From Paraspadella gotoi (lineage: Eukaryota; Animalia; Chaetognatha), in contig CM119268.1 of NCBI GenBank assembly GCA_051294375.1, forward strand, positions 24,026,349 through 24,090,348: a DNA stretch of 64,000 nucleotides, in the 5' to 3' direction. This document shows positions 39,901 through 49,960 of the stretch, piece after piece. A program made the translations under genes and the position numbers. Below the pieces are notes generated by a model. It worked only from the letters and a program-made list of their open reading frames with translations, was not told where the DNA came from and did no database searches. Each line of letters starts with the position of its first letter. Position 1 is the stretch's first letter.

Positions 39901-42900
39901 CTAAAAACAATAATTAATTACCTAATTAATTAATTAATTAATTATTTAATTATTAATTATTTAATGTTAATTAATTAATTACCGATAATGATCGTGTGCA
40001 GATCCGACATTGTTTGCTCAAACTTGTTTTAATTTAGGTCGTCCAATGCCATCTGGATCTGACGAAGCAAATCTTAATCGATTAATTAACCACAGTTATC
40101 TTAATGTGAGGCCAAATAAAGATGATCATAGTCGAAAGGCCAAGATTATGTCCAGGTTAATAAGATAATAAATTAACCACCAATGATCTCTATCTATAAT
40201 GTTTTACCAAATATAAACATATAAAAAACAGAAATTTTAACAAAAAACTTTAAAAAACGCTGTTTAAATGATCCAAGGATTCTTTTTCATACTTATGATT
40301 GCCTGAAATGACAAGAAACTAAAATTCGTGTAATATTGAGTCTTTTTAGTTAATAATGTTAATAATTCAGTAATTTGAATCCGAGAGTCAAAAAAAAACC
40401 ATATTTCGTTTAATACTTATTGTTTACTGATATTTTTTAGATGTGAAATAAACATACTCATCAGCTTATGTTTCAAAATTTTGTAGTCATGAGATCGTCT
40501 GGTGATTCTTGCATCAAAAAAGTCACAGTAACTCTGTGAGCGGCGTTCATTGCCATTTCTTGATTAGTATTTTTTTAAAATACCGAATCATTTTTATAAT
40601 TTAGTGATATAACTGTTCAATATAAACCATTCCTAAGCTTCGGATCAGGCTGTAACAAAGTGTTATAAGCGTGTGAAGCGCCCCGTCCCTCTTAAGTGCT
40701 AGGCGGCCACAGGGCTAGAACCCTGTACATTAGGTTAGGTCTCGCCAATGTTTTACCTCATTCACAATAAATGTCTCCCTACTCTCTATGGCGTGGATTT
40801 CACTCCATTAATATTATAGATAAAAAGTGATTCTTAAAAAATCGCGTGAACTCTATACTTTGATATGTATAATATGTATATATTTCTTTTATTTAATCTT
40901 AATTACGTTTTTCGTGAATGTAATGATTTTTAAAAACCAAATCAACTTTTCGCTAATGTGGTTATTATTTAAAAATATTATTTAAAAATATCGCAACATT
41001 TAATTAACAGACCAACGGATTCTTTAATTTAATTTAATTTAATTTATTTAATTTAATTAACGGACCAACGGATTCTTTAATTTAATTTAATTTAATTTAA
41101 TTAATTTAATTTAATTTAATTTAATTTAATTAACAGACCAACGGATTTTTAATTTAATTTAATTTAATTTAATTTAATTTAATTTAATTTAATTTAATTT
41201 AATTAACAACCAACGGATCTTTAATTTAATTTAATTTAATTTAATTTAATTTAATTTAATTAACAGACCAACGATTCTTTCTATGGAGAAACTTTTAATT
41301 CTTGGCGTCATAAAAAGAAATCACGTGACCCTCTTCACGTTTCGCGCGTGATTGTGAAAGATGTGAAGGAAAGTGACTTGGTGAATCGTCGAAGAAAAGA
41401 TAGAAAAGAAATGAAAGATAATGTGTCATATGACGATAATGACAACTCTGGTCTTATAACAAAGATAGAGACAGAGAACGTGTCAGACAGAGAGGGAGAG
41501 ACAGAGAACATTAACGAGGTCCGTGACTCAGAATTCAATTCTGCTGATTTTCGTGACGCATCGGAACTAGAAACAAGAGATATTGATTTTGATCATTTGA
41601 GACCAAAAACTAAAGAAGAGTTAGAATTAGATATTGTTGTGGCTGCAGTTTGGGGAGCAGTTGATGAATATTGGCCTAAAGGAATTCAAAAGCAGAATAT
41701 CATGGTAAGAAATAATTAATATAAAGGAACAACTTGCAAACTCTGTGATTCCAATAAGGGAGAAAATTAAAACAAATTTTATTTATTACGCAAAAACTAA
41801 AAAAATATTTAAAAAAGTTGTTTATCTTTTTATTGAATAATATTGAACAACAATATAATAATTTTTTTCGACCATCCTAATTAATTTATATTAAGTAGTT
41901 AAATTAAAGAATATACCTTTCTAATTTGGAACCATTCAGGATAAAAAGTGTTTAAATCTGTCTCACTTAATTAGCCATGTTTCGTGTCAGAAAAAAATGG
42001 TTTTAATAAATGACAAGAAAATCAAGGAATTATATTTTTTTTTATTTTTTACAGAATGAATATTATTTTTTAAAATTGAGAGGAACTCCTTGGTGGGTTG
42101 ATGGAAAAGAAGCCTGCCAGTCAAAACTCATGATGGCCAAGGTTTGAAACGATAGTAGATACAGTTTTGAAAGTTTATTTTACCTTTTTTTTACAAAGAA
42201 GTAAAAGGTAGATTATAGTATTTGGATTTAGTAAAATATTCAATCTAAATAATTTTTTTAATCTAAATTTTAAATCGCTATTATTTTTTATGAAATTTCA
42301 GATTTTTGAGGCTTTAACTTCCATCGGGTGGATTATTAAATGTTGTCTTGATTCTTCCTGGAAAGACAACGACCGAAATTCTTGCTACTTTGAAAAATGC
42401 AATGCAAAGGACACCAAAGTCGTTGTGGTATCAATTTTTGTTTCTTTTTTTTTTTTGTTATTTTTTGATCCTCATAACCTTTTTTTAACAATTGATTTTA
42501 ATTTCAACTTGATAATCAATTAGATAAGTTACTTTCAAGTTGGTCTGTCTCTTTGTTCCGAAATACCCATTACTTGTGATAGTAAATAAATTTATGTACT
42601 ATCTAGGAAAAAAGTATATAAAATAATTCATTTATTCAATAAAAAGTATACAAAGTATGGGTAAAATATTCTCGGCATTGACTACTGCCTNNNNNNNNNN
42701 CAATATTTGGTATGCCCTTCCTCAGCATTGACTACTGCCTGCATTCATCTGGTCATGCTCTCATACAGCAAATTGAGGTATGACAGTGAAATATTTTTCC
42801 ATATCTTTAACGCAATTCTTTTCAGCCCCAATATTGATGTCGTGCATCTTTCCCTCTTTTCTGAGAGCTATAATAGCACTTTTTTGAACCAAAAAAAGGT

Positions 42901-45900
42901 GCAAGGCCTTTAGCATTACCAAATTAAAAAAACATTTTAAAATATCTCTATTCAAAATAAAAATATAATTAAATACCTAAAATGGTGGAAAACTATGATT
43001 TTTTTTAACATTTTTTATTTGAAGTAACATTATTTTTTTGCCTCTAACTTTTAAACAATTTAAACAAAGCTACTGAAAGGAAATTCAATATAAATTTAGA
43101 AACATTCTGATATTTTTTAAATCAAACAAGTTTTTGAGTAGATATCCTTTATTAAAAATGTCATATACTTTTTTCCTAGATAGTATTAGTAAATATTTTA
43201 ACTTTAAAATTTATTAATCACGCGAATTAAGAGTTATGTGGCGACTTTCAAAACTTTCAATTGACTTTGTCTCCCGATCTCTTTTTCTTTTTTTTTAATT
43301 TCCTTTTTTGTTCACGTTTATTAATGACATAAGATATTTTTGCAACCTTTCCCGCAATTATTTGTTTGCTCTGTTTTCTTTTCAGAAATAATTTAAAAAT
43401 AAGATGTTTTCTTGATGTTTCTAGATCAAAAATAAAATATAATAGTAGTAAGAGTAATTGTAATAGTATATGAACAAAAAAGGAGAAAAAATCCACAAGA
43501 AAAGAAAAAGCATAACAATAGGCAAACAAATATTTACAGAGTTATTAGCAAAAATGCTCAACCATGTAAAATTGGTCACTAGTCATATGTGACATTAGTT
43601 CAATTGTATAATGTCCCCTAATGTTTATTTTAATGAAAATTTGAAAAATTATTTGTTTCACTATTTTCTATTTTTTTATATTTTATAAAGGATTTTTTAT
43701 ATTAATCTATATATTAATATGCAGGACCTGCTATGTCAATTATCGTTGTAAGAGTGATGGGAGGCGCTTAAACCACCAAAGCCTGTTCCAAAGTCAGGGG
43801 CAAGATAGCTTTATTTATTAAAATAATGTAATGTATTTTATAGCTTGGTTGTAGCCATTTTCATAAAATTTTCAGCTGCTTGTATTCTATGAATGCTAGT
43901 CGTATACAATAAGTCATATTCCCCCCGATCTAATTAAACTTAAGGGAGTGGTCTTTTTCATACAATTGAACATCTCTTGAAATATTTTCCACTTCATTGA
44001 TAGGGAAGCCAGCTACTCTGGGAGTGAATAAACAGGACTGTGAGAGAGTCTTGATTAAAGCTTTGCAGACCTGCTATGTCATTATCTTGTAAGAGTTATG
44101 AGGCCTTAAACCACCAAAGGCCTTGTCAAATCAGGCAAGATGTTATTTATTAAATGATGGAGAAATATTTTATATTGGCTGTACCAATTTCATTTAATAA
44201 TATATATATATATGTAGTCGGGCATTGCTAGTTCACCCCGCCTATAGCATGACACCTTCAGTCCGACCTGGTGGCTCATTGATCATATCATATATCTAAT
44301 AATGGCAGCAACAACACGCGACCTTATCAGATTCAAGAACCATATGCCCAAAAATGTTTCCTCTCACTCAATCGCTGACGGTCACCACGGTCATCAGTGA
44401 CTCGTCTCCCGGCTGTCCTCAGCCAGCTCATTGTAAAAGTTATTGTACTGTTTTAGACTTTAGCATTTTCTCTTGTTGATTTTGTATTTGTTGTTGGAAA
44501 TTAAATCATTCTCGACTGAACCTCGTCTCGTTTACTTAGCCACACGTGGTGAGCCCGATAAACGAGTGAATTAAAAAAAAAAAAAAAAAATTTTTAAACA
44601 ACCCAAACGACATTCACGTTTTTGACTCGCATTTCTTTTTTTTTTTCCTTTCATATTTGTGCCAACAATATAATCACCGTTTGTTTTCGTTTTGTGTTGT
44701 ATTTGTGGCATCGTTTAACAGTTGATATAAAACTTGGCTTTCACGGGATCTCACAGACTCCACTCCCTCACGAGCCTCGCCGCCATCGCAAAACCAGATA
44801 TGCAACGCCGCAGACAAGAATAGAAGTGATGGCCGCCCAACAAAATTCAAAACGGCGAAGCACACGCGCGCTGAAGGTGAAGAATGACCCGCTTTGTAGA
44901 AGCAAGCTCGACGACCCCAATTGCCAATCCCCTCAATGGTTCAAAATTTTCCGCTTGGCACAGTCGGGAGTCAACAACCTTTCAACTCAGAGAGGCACGG
45001 TCGCTGAATGTTATGCAAAACTCCAGCCTACGCCTCTCCCGACATCATGCCTGGAGCTGAGGCTGCCCCCACAGCGTCGACTGCGCCCTCGAGTGAATGG
45101 CGCCCCCCAAACTGCGGCGCCCCTCGAAGCTGACGCCAGGGTCGACTTCCCCGCGACCCCAGAAACGCCAAAACTCCCGGCGCTCACCAACAATATTGAT
45201 TCGATGTTGGAACTGCGAACTGCGTTTGAAGATCGCCGACGTCTTCGATGAGCGTACCAGGAAGGCGCACCGCTTGCAGCAATCCCCTTCAGACGTCACG
45301 CCATCTAACCCCAACATTCCAAGAACAAAGGCCAGAGGGCGCCACCTCCAGGCTCGTCACCACCTCAAGGCCGTCATGATGAAAATAAGCCCCAACGGGC
45401 TTGCAAAGTGCTGAGGATGACGTCTTTGAGAGGTAGCACCCCTCATCCAACACCTCGCCGCTCTCCGGTCCAAGCAGCCAGAATCTCACTAAAGCATGAC
45501 TCCTCTCTGCCCTCCTTACTGCCTCCCTGACCTTGCCTCTCGATGCGCGACCTACGTCCAGAAAGAAGACGAGAAGCCTCGACTCTGTAGCCAAACCGGC
45601 ACGCTTTCACATCTCCGTCTGGACAATTCCGGAACCAAAACGCTGCAGTGAACGCCTTCACGTTCACAACACCATTCGAAGAAGAACCCTGTCGCACGTA
45701 CTGTTGAGCCCCGGAAGACATTCGCAGACACGGAAAACCGAGACGGTCCCAATGTCATATGCCAATGCCGCTCAGAGACCTTTTCAAAAAACACCACTAC
45801 GCCTACGAAACCAAACAAATGCAACGCCGACACTCAAACAACCACGAACAGCAACGACGACCACCATCACAGTTTCCGTACTTCAGAACCCGGGCTCCCT

Positions 45901-48900
45901 CCTGGTGAAACTAGATGTTCTTCCATTACATCTATGGCAAGCCAGGGCAAGCCAATGCGATGGACCCACCTGCAGCATAGGCTGTCAAACCGCCAAACGC
46001 CGGCGGCGTGAGTCGCCCGCGTCGCCTTGGCGAACTGATTCCAACCTTATCTCTACCTGCGCGACGCGGGACGCCCGTGGAAGTGGCTCGCGATGGTGCG
46101 TTCAGAGGGCAACCCTCTTCGCCCGCTACCGAAGCTGATGCGCCAGGCAGCAACATCCCGCCGCAGTCCAACAGCGGCACTCGACCGCTGCCAACTTCCC
46201 AACCCTCCACGCCGCAAATGACACACCCATCAAATATCTACGGTCTTCTGAGAGATGCAAATTCGTCTGGCCTCCCGAGCTATCCTTACCTCGTAAGCCC
46301 ATTGCAGATGTGGCCAACGCCCACCTCGGAGCAGATTTCTTGATGGAACACCACCTGGCGCGACCATCGACGCCCGCATCCTGCTCAACTTGATGATGTC
46401 AGGTCATCGCCGGCCATCGGCAAGCCCTTGCCGCAGCACCACTGCGCGTCCACCATGTCCGCGACTCCTGTACTCATCACTGCTTGGACGAGCGACACAG
46501 AACTCACGAAGCTGCGTCTTCAACGCGCACTCCCAAGCATGGGATGAAGCACACATTCAACCAAAGGTCCCCCGGTCTCGCCCGGCCAGACGACTCGCCC
46601 CCGACCATACTCCACTGCTGCAAAGGCAGAGTTCAAGCAGATGGAGGAACTAGCATCATCCGCCGCTCTACCTCCCGCATGGCATCCCCTCTACACGTCA
46701 CCGCGCAAACCAGAGGCCCTCCCTCTCGACCTTGTGGGACTACGGCGCCTAATGGCGCCACCAATGACACCGTTATCCAATCCGCCACTCGATTGGACTT
46801 CAATCAGACATAGCGGGAAAAAAACAGCTTTCTCAAGATCGCATCTCTGCAAAAAGGATACCATCAACCCTGTGCCAAGAATACCGCCAAGAAGACTGCC
46901 ATCATCACCCCCTTCGGCCTCTGGCGAGTTCGACTTCATGCCAATTATGGCTGGAAAAATTGCAGCCCAAGACTTCCAGGAATATTGGATCAGGTCCTCA
47001 ACCCATCCCGCATGTCTTCATTCTACCTGGACGACCTCTTTTTTTAGTCCCATGAAGAGCACCTCGAAGATCTCAAGCGGCTTTTTATATTTCGTTTATA
47101 TATTTCTCGTCGTCAACCGCACTATAATGTGTCTTGGCCCCCAGCTCTTGTTAATTCTCTGGGCTTTACACGTGGACCGCTTTTTTATATTTATATCTCA
47201 GCAAAATTGATGCGATCCGCACATGACTCGCCCACCCATCAAGGGTTGCAGCGTTCCTCGGATGCTGCAAACTACTACCGGCGCTTCATCCCGTATCTCT
47301 CTATCACCTTAGCCTCCGCTTACGAACTTATCACGGGAAAGCGGCGCACTTCGATGGACAGCGCCACAAAGAATGCTATGTCTATTTCACTATTCAATTC
47401 AAGAAATTTCCTTCTTTCGTCCGCCCACACTCTTGTCACCGACGATGGCGCCCCACTCGCCGACTGTAGACGCACTATTCTGTCTTCTTATTGGCTTGCT
47501 TTCTTCTTGGACGTCTGTCTTGATGGTTATGCATGGCAACCATTGGTTTTTCTCTGTCCTGAATGCTTAAATAAGCTCGCAGATCTAAGTGGGCCTCCGT
47601 TTGACAAAACTGTACGCTGCCCATTTTCATGTCTTCTCTACTTTTTCTGTCTTGTCTATTGTCTTTGATGTGTGTGGGTGTAGCTCGTGTTGGGGTTTTC
47701 TCTGTATTCACACTCATTTAGCGACCACATCTCGCTCGTCCCCGCACTCCGGAAAAAAAGGACGAGCACACACAAGCGCCAAACATATCAGCTTGCTGAA
47801 TTGCAGAATTCAACCTCTGACATTCGAACACATCGCCGAAAAGTCAAACATCGTTAGCCATGCCCTTTCCCGACCATTTAGAGGGGAGGTCAGTGTTGTC
47901 TTCGGAAATAGAGGGAGCATCTAATACAACACAAGGTTAATTATCTTAATCTCCTCTTTTTCTTCTAATATAATCATCATCATCATTCTGTTAGAATATT
48001 ATTAATAAAAAATCATAATATTACGAGCCTGAACAGAAAGGGTTGGGAATGGGTAATTTTTTGAGAGGGGACCAAAGTTATATTAAATTATTATATTTAC
48101 TGATATCATTTGATTTTACTTTTTAATCTTAAAAGAGAGTAATTACTATTTAGTTGATCAAACAGCTTTCAACTTTTTAAATTTTTTTCTGCCTCAACCT
48201 AAAGATTTGCTTCAATGAAATCGACAAAATCCGAGCTTTAAACTACGACGAAGATTTCTACTCTTCGTTTGACGAAGCGTTGGAGAAAAGAATGGAGGTC
48301 GTTGCTAAGCGACAGTTTGGAATCGCTTATGAGTGGAAGTTAAAGGGAAGTCCGTGGAAATGGGGACAGTGGCAAAATAAGGGTGAGTAATTGAAGGAAT
48401 GTGCGTTTATTGGCGGGAAAAGTATGGACGTGAAAAGAATTCACAATGTTTTATTTATAAACTTGGAGCAACCTTAATAAAAATCATATTTTCATTCAAT
48501 AAATAAGCTATTTTGAATTAAGGTCTCGTTATCATAATAAAGCCTTTCATTCTTTCAATCAAGTTATTCACTTTCATAGTATTTGGCTTCTTTGTTATAC
48601 TATTTCCTGTGATGATATTGTTTCACGATCTAATACATTACTCATTACTTAAAGAAGTGTCCATTTTATACAATTGAAATATTATTTTAAATATTATGCC
48701 ACTTCATTGATAGGGAAGCCAGGTACTCTGGGAGTGAATATGTCATTATCTTGTAAGAGTGATGGAGGCCTTAAACCACCAAAGCCTGTCCAAAGTCAGG
48801 GGCAAGATAGCTTATTTGTTATCATAATGGTTCTACTGATTTCAATCCATTCATTCAGCTTTAGCTATTCATCTACACCACATTCTTCATTCAATTGGTT

Positions 48901-49076
48901 TTTCTGTCCTCGTTTCTGCTGACACGTCATCAAAATTTGTTCCAACCGACGCTGGAGCTTCATACGCTATGGACGCACATTCTTGGTTTTTCGTTCCGAC
49001 TCCAGATTTAGAATTCATGAGAAGTGGAATGCATGAAAGAGACACTGCAGTCAATAGAAATTCACTGGAAGCTTTG
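27933..49076 (+). CDS. Uncharacterised four-repeat protein of the fungal/invertebrate family with W.xGIQ / FKLxGxPW / GW...D.S / D(V/A)HSWFF repeats (recalled as PTHR38696-like), with N-terminal MGxxxS myristoylation motif
   Basis: Exons 27933-28014, 28219-28330, 29123-29247, 29411-29580, 29876-(gap), 30638-30742, 30887-30979, 35230-35313 (alternative donor 35520), 36262-36385, 40038-40155, 41267-41704, 42055-42141, 42302-42427, 48205-48382 and 48859-49076(+). Repeat cores: EFWPPGVQ..YRIKLNGSPF..GWQPLVSSD; EFVIDGSPW..GWHLIINTN; YWPKGIQ..FLKLRGTPW..GWIIKCCLDSS; EWKLKGSPW..GFSVLVSADTSSK..MDAHSWFF. Single-base homopolymer indels near 28312, 29129, 29170, 29225 and 41273 break the frame as assembled. 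The 3' end is unresolved. Confidence 0.75.
28298..28592. repeat. 40-41-bp minisatellite spanning an exon/intron donor, about 7 copies
   Basis: Unit ccttggagttcaatgggatggacctgagccaaaggttaga. Confidence 0.95.
31389..32001. mobile_element. Nested MITE with 9-bp TSD (Mutator-like)
   Basis: TSD ATGAACAGT at 31380-88 and 32002-10, with the empty site at about 17120-17130. Imperfect terminal and internal inverted repeats (agttctctcaaa / tttgagagaact). Confidence 0.7.
32326..32493 (+). mobile_element. Twister-bearing repeat, 5'-truncated insertion with an empty site visible at about 31591-31600
   Basis: Present in the second copy of the 31330-32050/32053-32940 duplication but absent from the first (agataaaggttatt). 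Confidence 0.8.
35310..35485. repeat. 21-bp minisatellite (gtcggcaaggacaaaggattc), about 8 copies
   Basis: Directly visible. The first copy contains the donor TCG|gtaaga. Confidence 0.95.
36449..36623 (-). mobile_element. Short Penelope-like insertion with inversion (about 60-bp hairpin) and 12-bp TSD
   Basis: Inverted repeat at about 36485-36626 whose loop contains GAGC-GAAAC-ATGTC. Flanking direct repeat TAAAGTCTAATT at 36437-36448 and 36624-36635. Confidence 0.65.
36669..39172. mobile_element. Non-autonomous DNA transposon with long (several hundred bp) imperfect TIRs, CACTG...CAGTG termini, TA flanks
   Basis: 36669-37100 is the imperfect reverse complement of 38740-39172. Termini are ta|CACTGTTTTTTT...AAAAAAACAGTG|ta. 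Superfamily uncertain (EnSpm/CACTA-like or Tc1-like). Confidence 0.8.
38230..38390 (+). mobile_element. Penelope-like pLTR remnant with degenerate hammerhead
   Basis: AAACA-tttcATGAA-GACTCG-aaaa-CGAGTC-GAAAC-ATGTC-TGTTT (stems I and II intact, core mutated). The tail aligns with that of 55879-55982. An oppositely oriented, more degenerate motif lies at 37561-37594 (minus). Confidence 0.55.
39208..40030 (+). mobile_element. HINE/DINE-1-like element, family A, second copy
   Basis: Same 5' end, (GTCC)n, about 120-bp repeats and identical 3' end gcagatccgacattgtttgctcaaacttgtttt. Confidence 0.75.
41001..41280. repeat. Compound repeat: 5 copies of aattaacagaccaacggattcttt separated by (aattt)n
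   Basis: Directly visible. The last copy is the exon acceptor. Confidence 0.95.
43720..44194 (+). mobile_element. Twister-bearing repeat, about 1.4 units in head-to-tail tandem (two ribozyme cores)
   Basis: Cores at about 43740-43809 and 44081-44143, joined by the same spacer seen in 9620-9830. The sequence is indel-noisy. Confidence 0.75.
44213..47895 (+). mobile_element. Degenerate Ty3/Gypsy LTR retrotransposon, CsRn1-like clade, intronic, sense to host gene
   Basis: 5' LTR TG(44213)...CA(44544) with ATTAAA, and PBS TGGTGAgCCCGA (44547-58, tRNA-Trp-like). Frameshifted gag, protease (ADVA..LGADFL..HHL, about 46300-46360), RT (ARPRRLAP, EFKQMEEL, ASPLHV, KTAIITPFGL, YLDD at about 47025) and RNase H (NYYRRFIP, WQPL, SNIV..ALSRP). 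Then a purine tract AGAGGGGAGG at about 47880. No integrase or 3' LTR is recognisable. Confidence 0.85.
48663..48817 (+). mobile_element. Twister-bearing repeat copy with internal deletion, preceded by a degenerate inverted copy (about 48490-48590)
   Basis: Consensus match ccacttcattgatagggaagccaggtactctgggagtgaata...gcaagatagcttattt. It lies in the intron between exons 48205-48382 and 48859. Confidence 0.75.
48746..48810 (+). ncRNA. Putative type-P5 twister self-cleaving ribozyme (best-preserved copy)
   Basis: TTATCTTGT-AA-GAGT-GA-TGG-AGGCCT-T^AA-ACC-AC-C-AAAG-CCTG-TCCA-AA-GT-CAGG-G-GCAAGATAG. P5 9 bp (48746-54/48802-10), P4 CCTG/CAGG, T1 CCA/TGG, T2 AC/GT, conserved GA and UAA. P2 is imperfect and P1 is only the palindrome AGGCCT. 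Confidence 0.7.
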
Positions 49077-49199
49077 GTTAGTCTTTATATCTTATCTTAA
49101 ACTAATAACATCTTATATTAAACTATTCATCATTTAATATATTGTGGAAAAGGCGCTAAGCGGTCTGAAGAGAGCTATCCGCAACTTTTTTAACCCTTT

Positions 49200-49960
49200 C
49201 TAGCACCCATGAAACGTGTGGTCCTTGTGTCCCGCCTACAGCTCTTAGCTCGAATCACCCGGACGCGGCCGCCAAAACGCAAACCGACGGGCACACAACA
49301 CTTTCAACCGGCGTTCAATCGAATAAATGCACTCCAGCCAGATCCAGCCCCAAGCGGCGGGGGTTGGTAGGACAGCGGGACTGGATTCACGCTGGGGCGG
49401 TCGCGCCAGCAGCGTCGGCGTGTGAGAGCCGTCGCGAGCACGTTTTGGACAGCGTCGACGGTGTTCAGAAGCGGCCAGCGCATCAACGAACGCAGCCATC
49501 GACGGTCCCGGGCGGGGCCGTACACGCCGTCCCTCGGAGCAGATTCCGAGCGCCGCCTCACCGCGTTGGCGGCGCCGATGAGATGACCAAGGTTGCTTTT
49601 ACCAACAGGATCGCGACCAGACGCCGACCCGAGATCGTGCCAGATTGTGGCCGAGCCGCCGGTGGCAACAAGGCGACAGCGTAAACCCGGACGAGCGCGT
49701 GCCAGTAATTTCCCTGCGAGAAATACCGCGGAGGACCCGCGAAGTAATTTGGACGGCAACGGTCTCACGCTTCCCTTCGGGAGGGGGACATTGAGATCCG
49801 GTGAACCTAAAAAAGTGGGTCTTATGTAGCTTAGATGGTGCGGTAACTACTCGAGGAAATAACCCTGCCCCTGAGCAGTGATTCCAGATAAGCTCGAAGA
49901 TAGGCGGGTATTTATTGGGCCGGAATATGAGTCCGCTGTCACACTATAATTTCTTCTCAT
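49200..49960 (-). mobile_element. GC-rich degenerate retroelement-like fragment
   Basis: Abrupt GC-rich island with broken reading frames on the minus strand, vaguely like the Cys/His-containing C-terminus of a non-LTR ORF. No diagnostic motif. Confidence 0.3.

Noticed and set aside
40651-40807. Possible solo LTR (TGTAACA...CCA with AATAAA)
   Set aside because: No TSD and no second copy in the window.
41001-41280. Repeat-spacer pattern resembling a CRISPR array
   Set aside because: Spacers are (aattt)n microsatellite, the context is a eukaryotic intron, and there are no cas genes.
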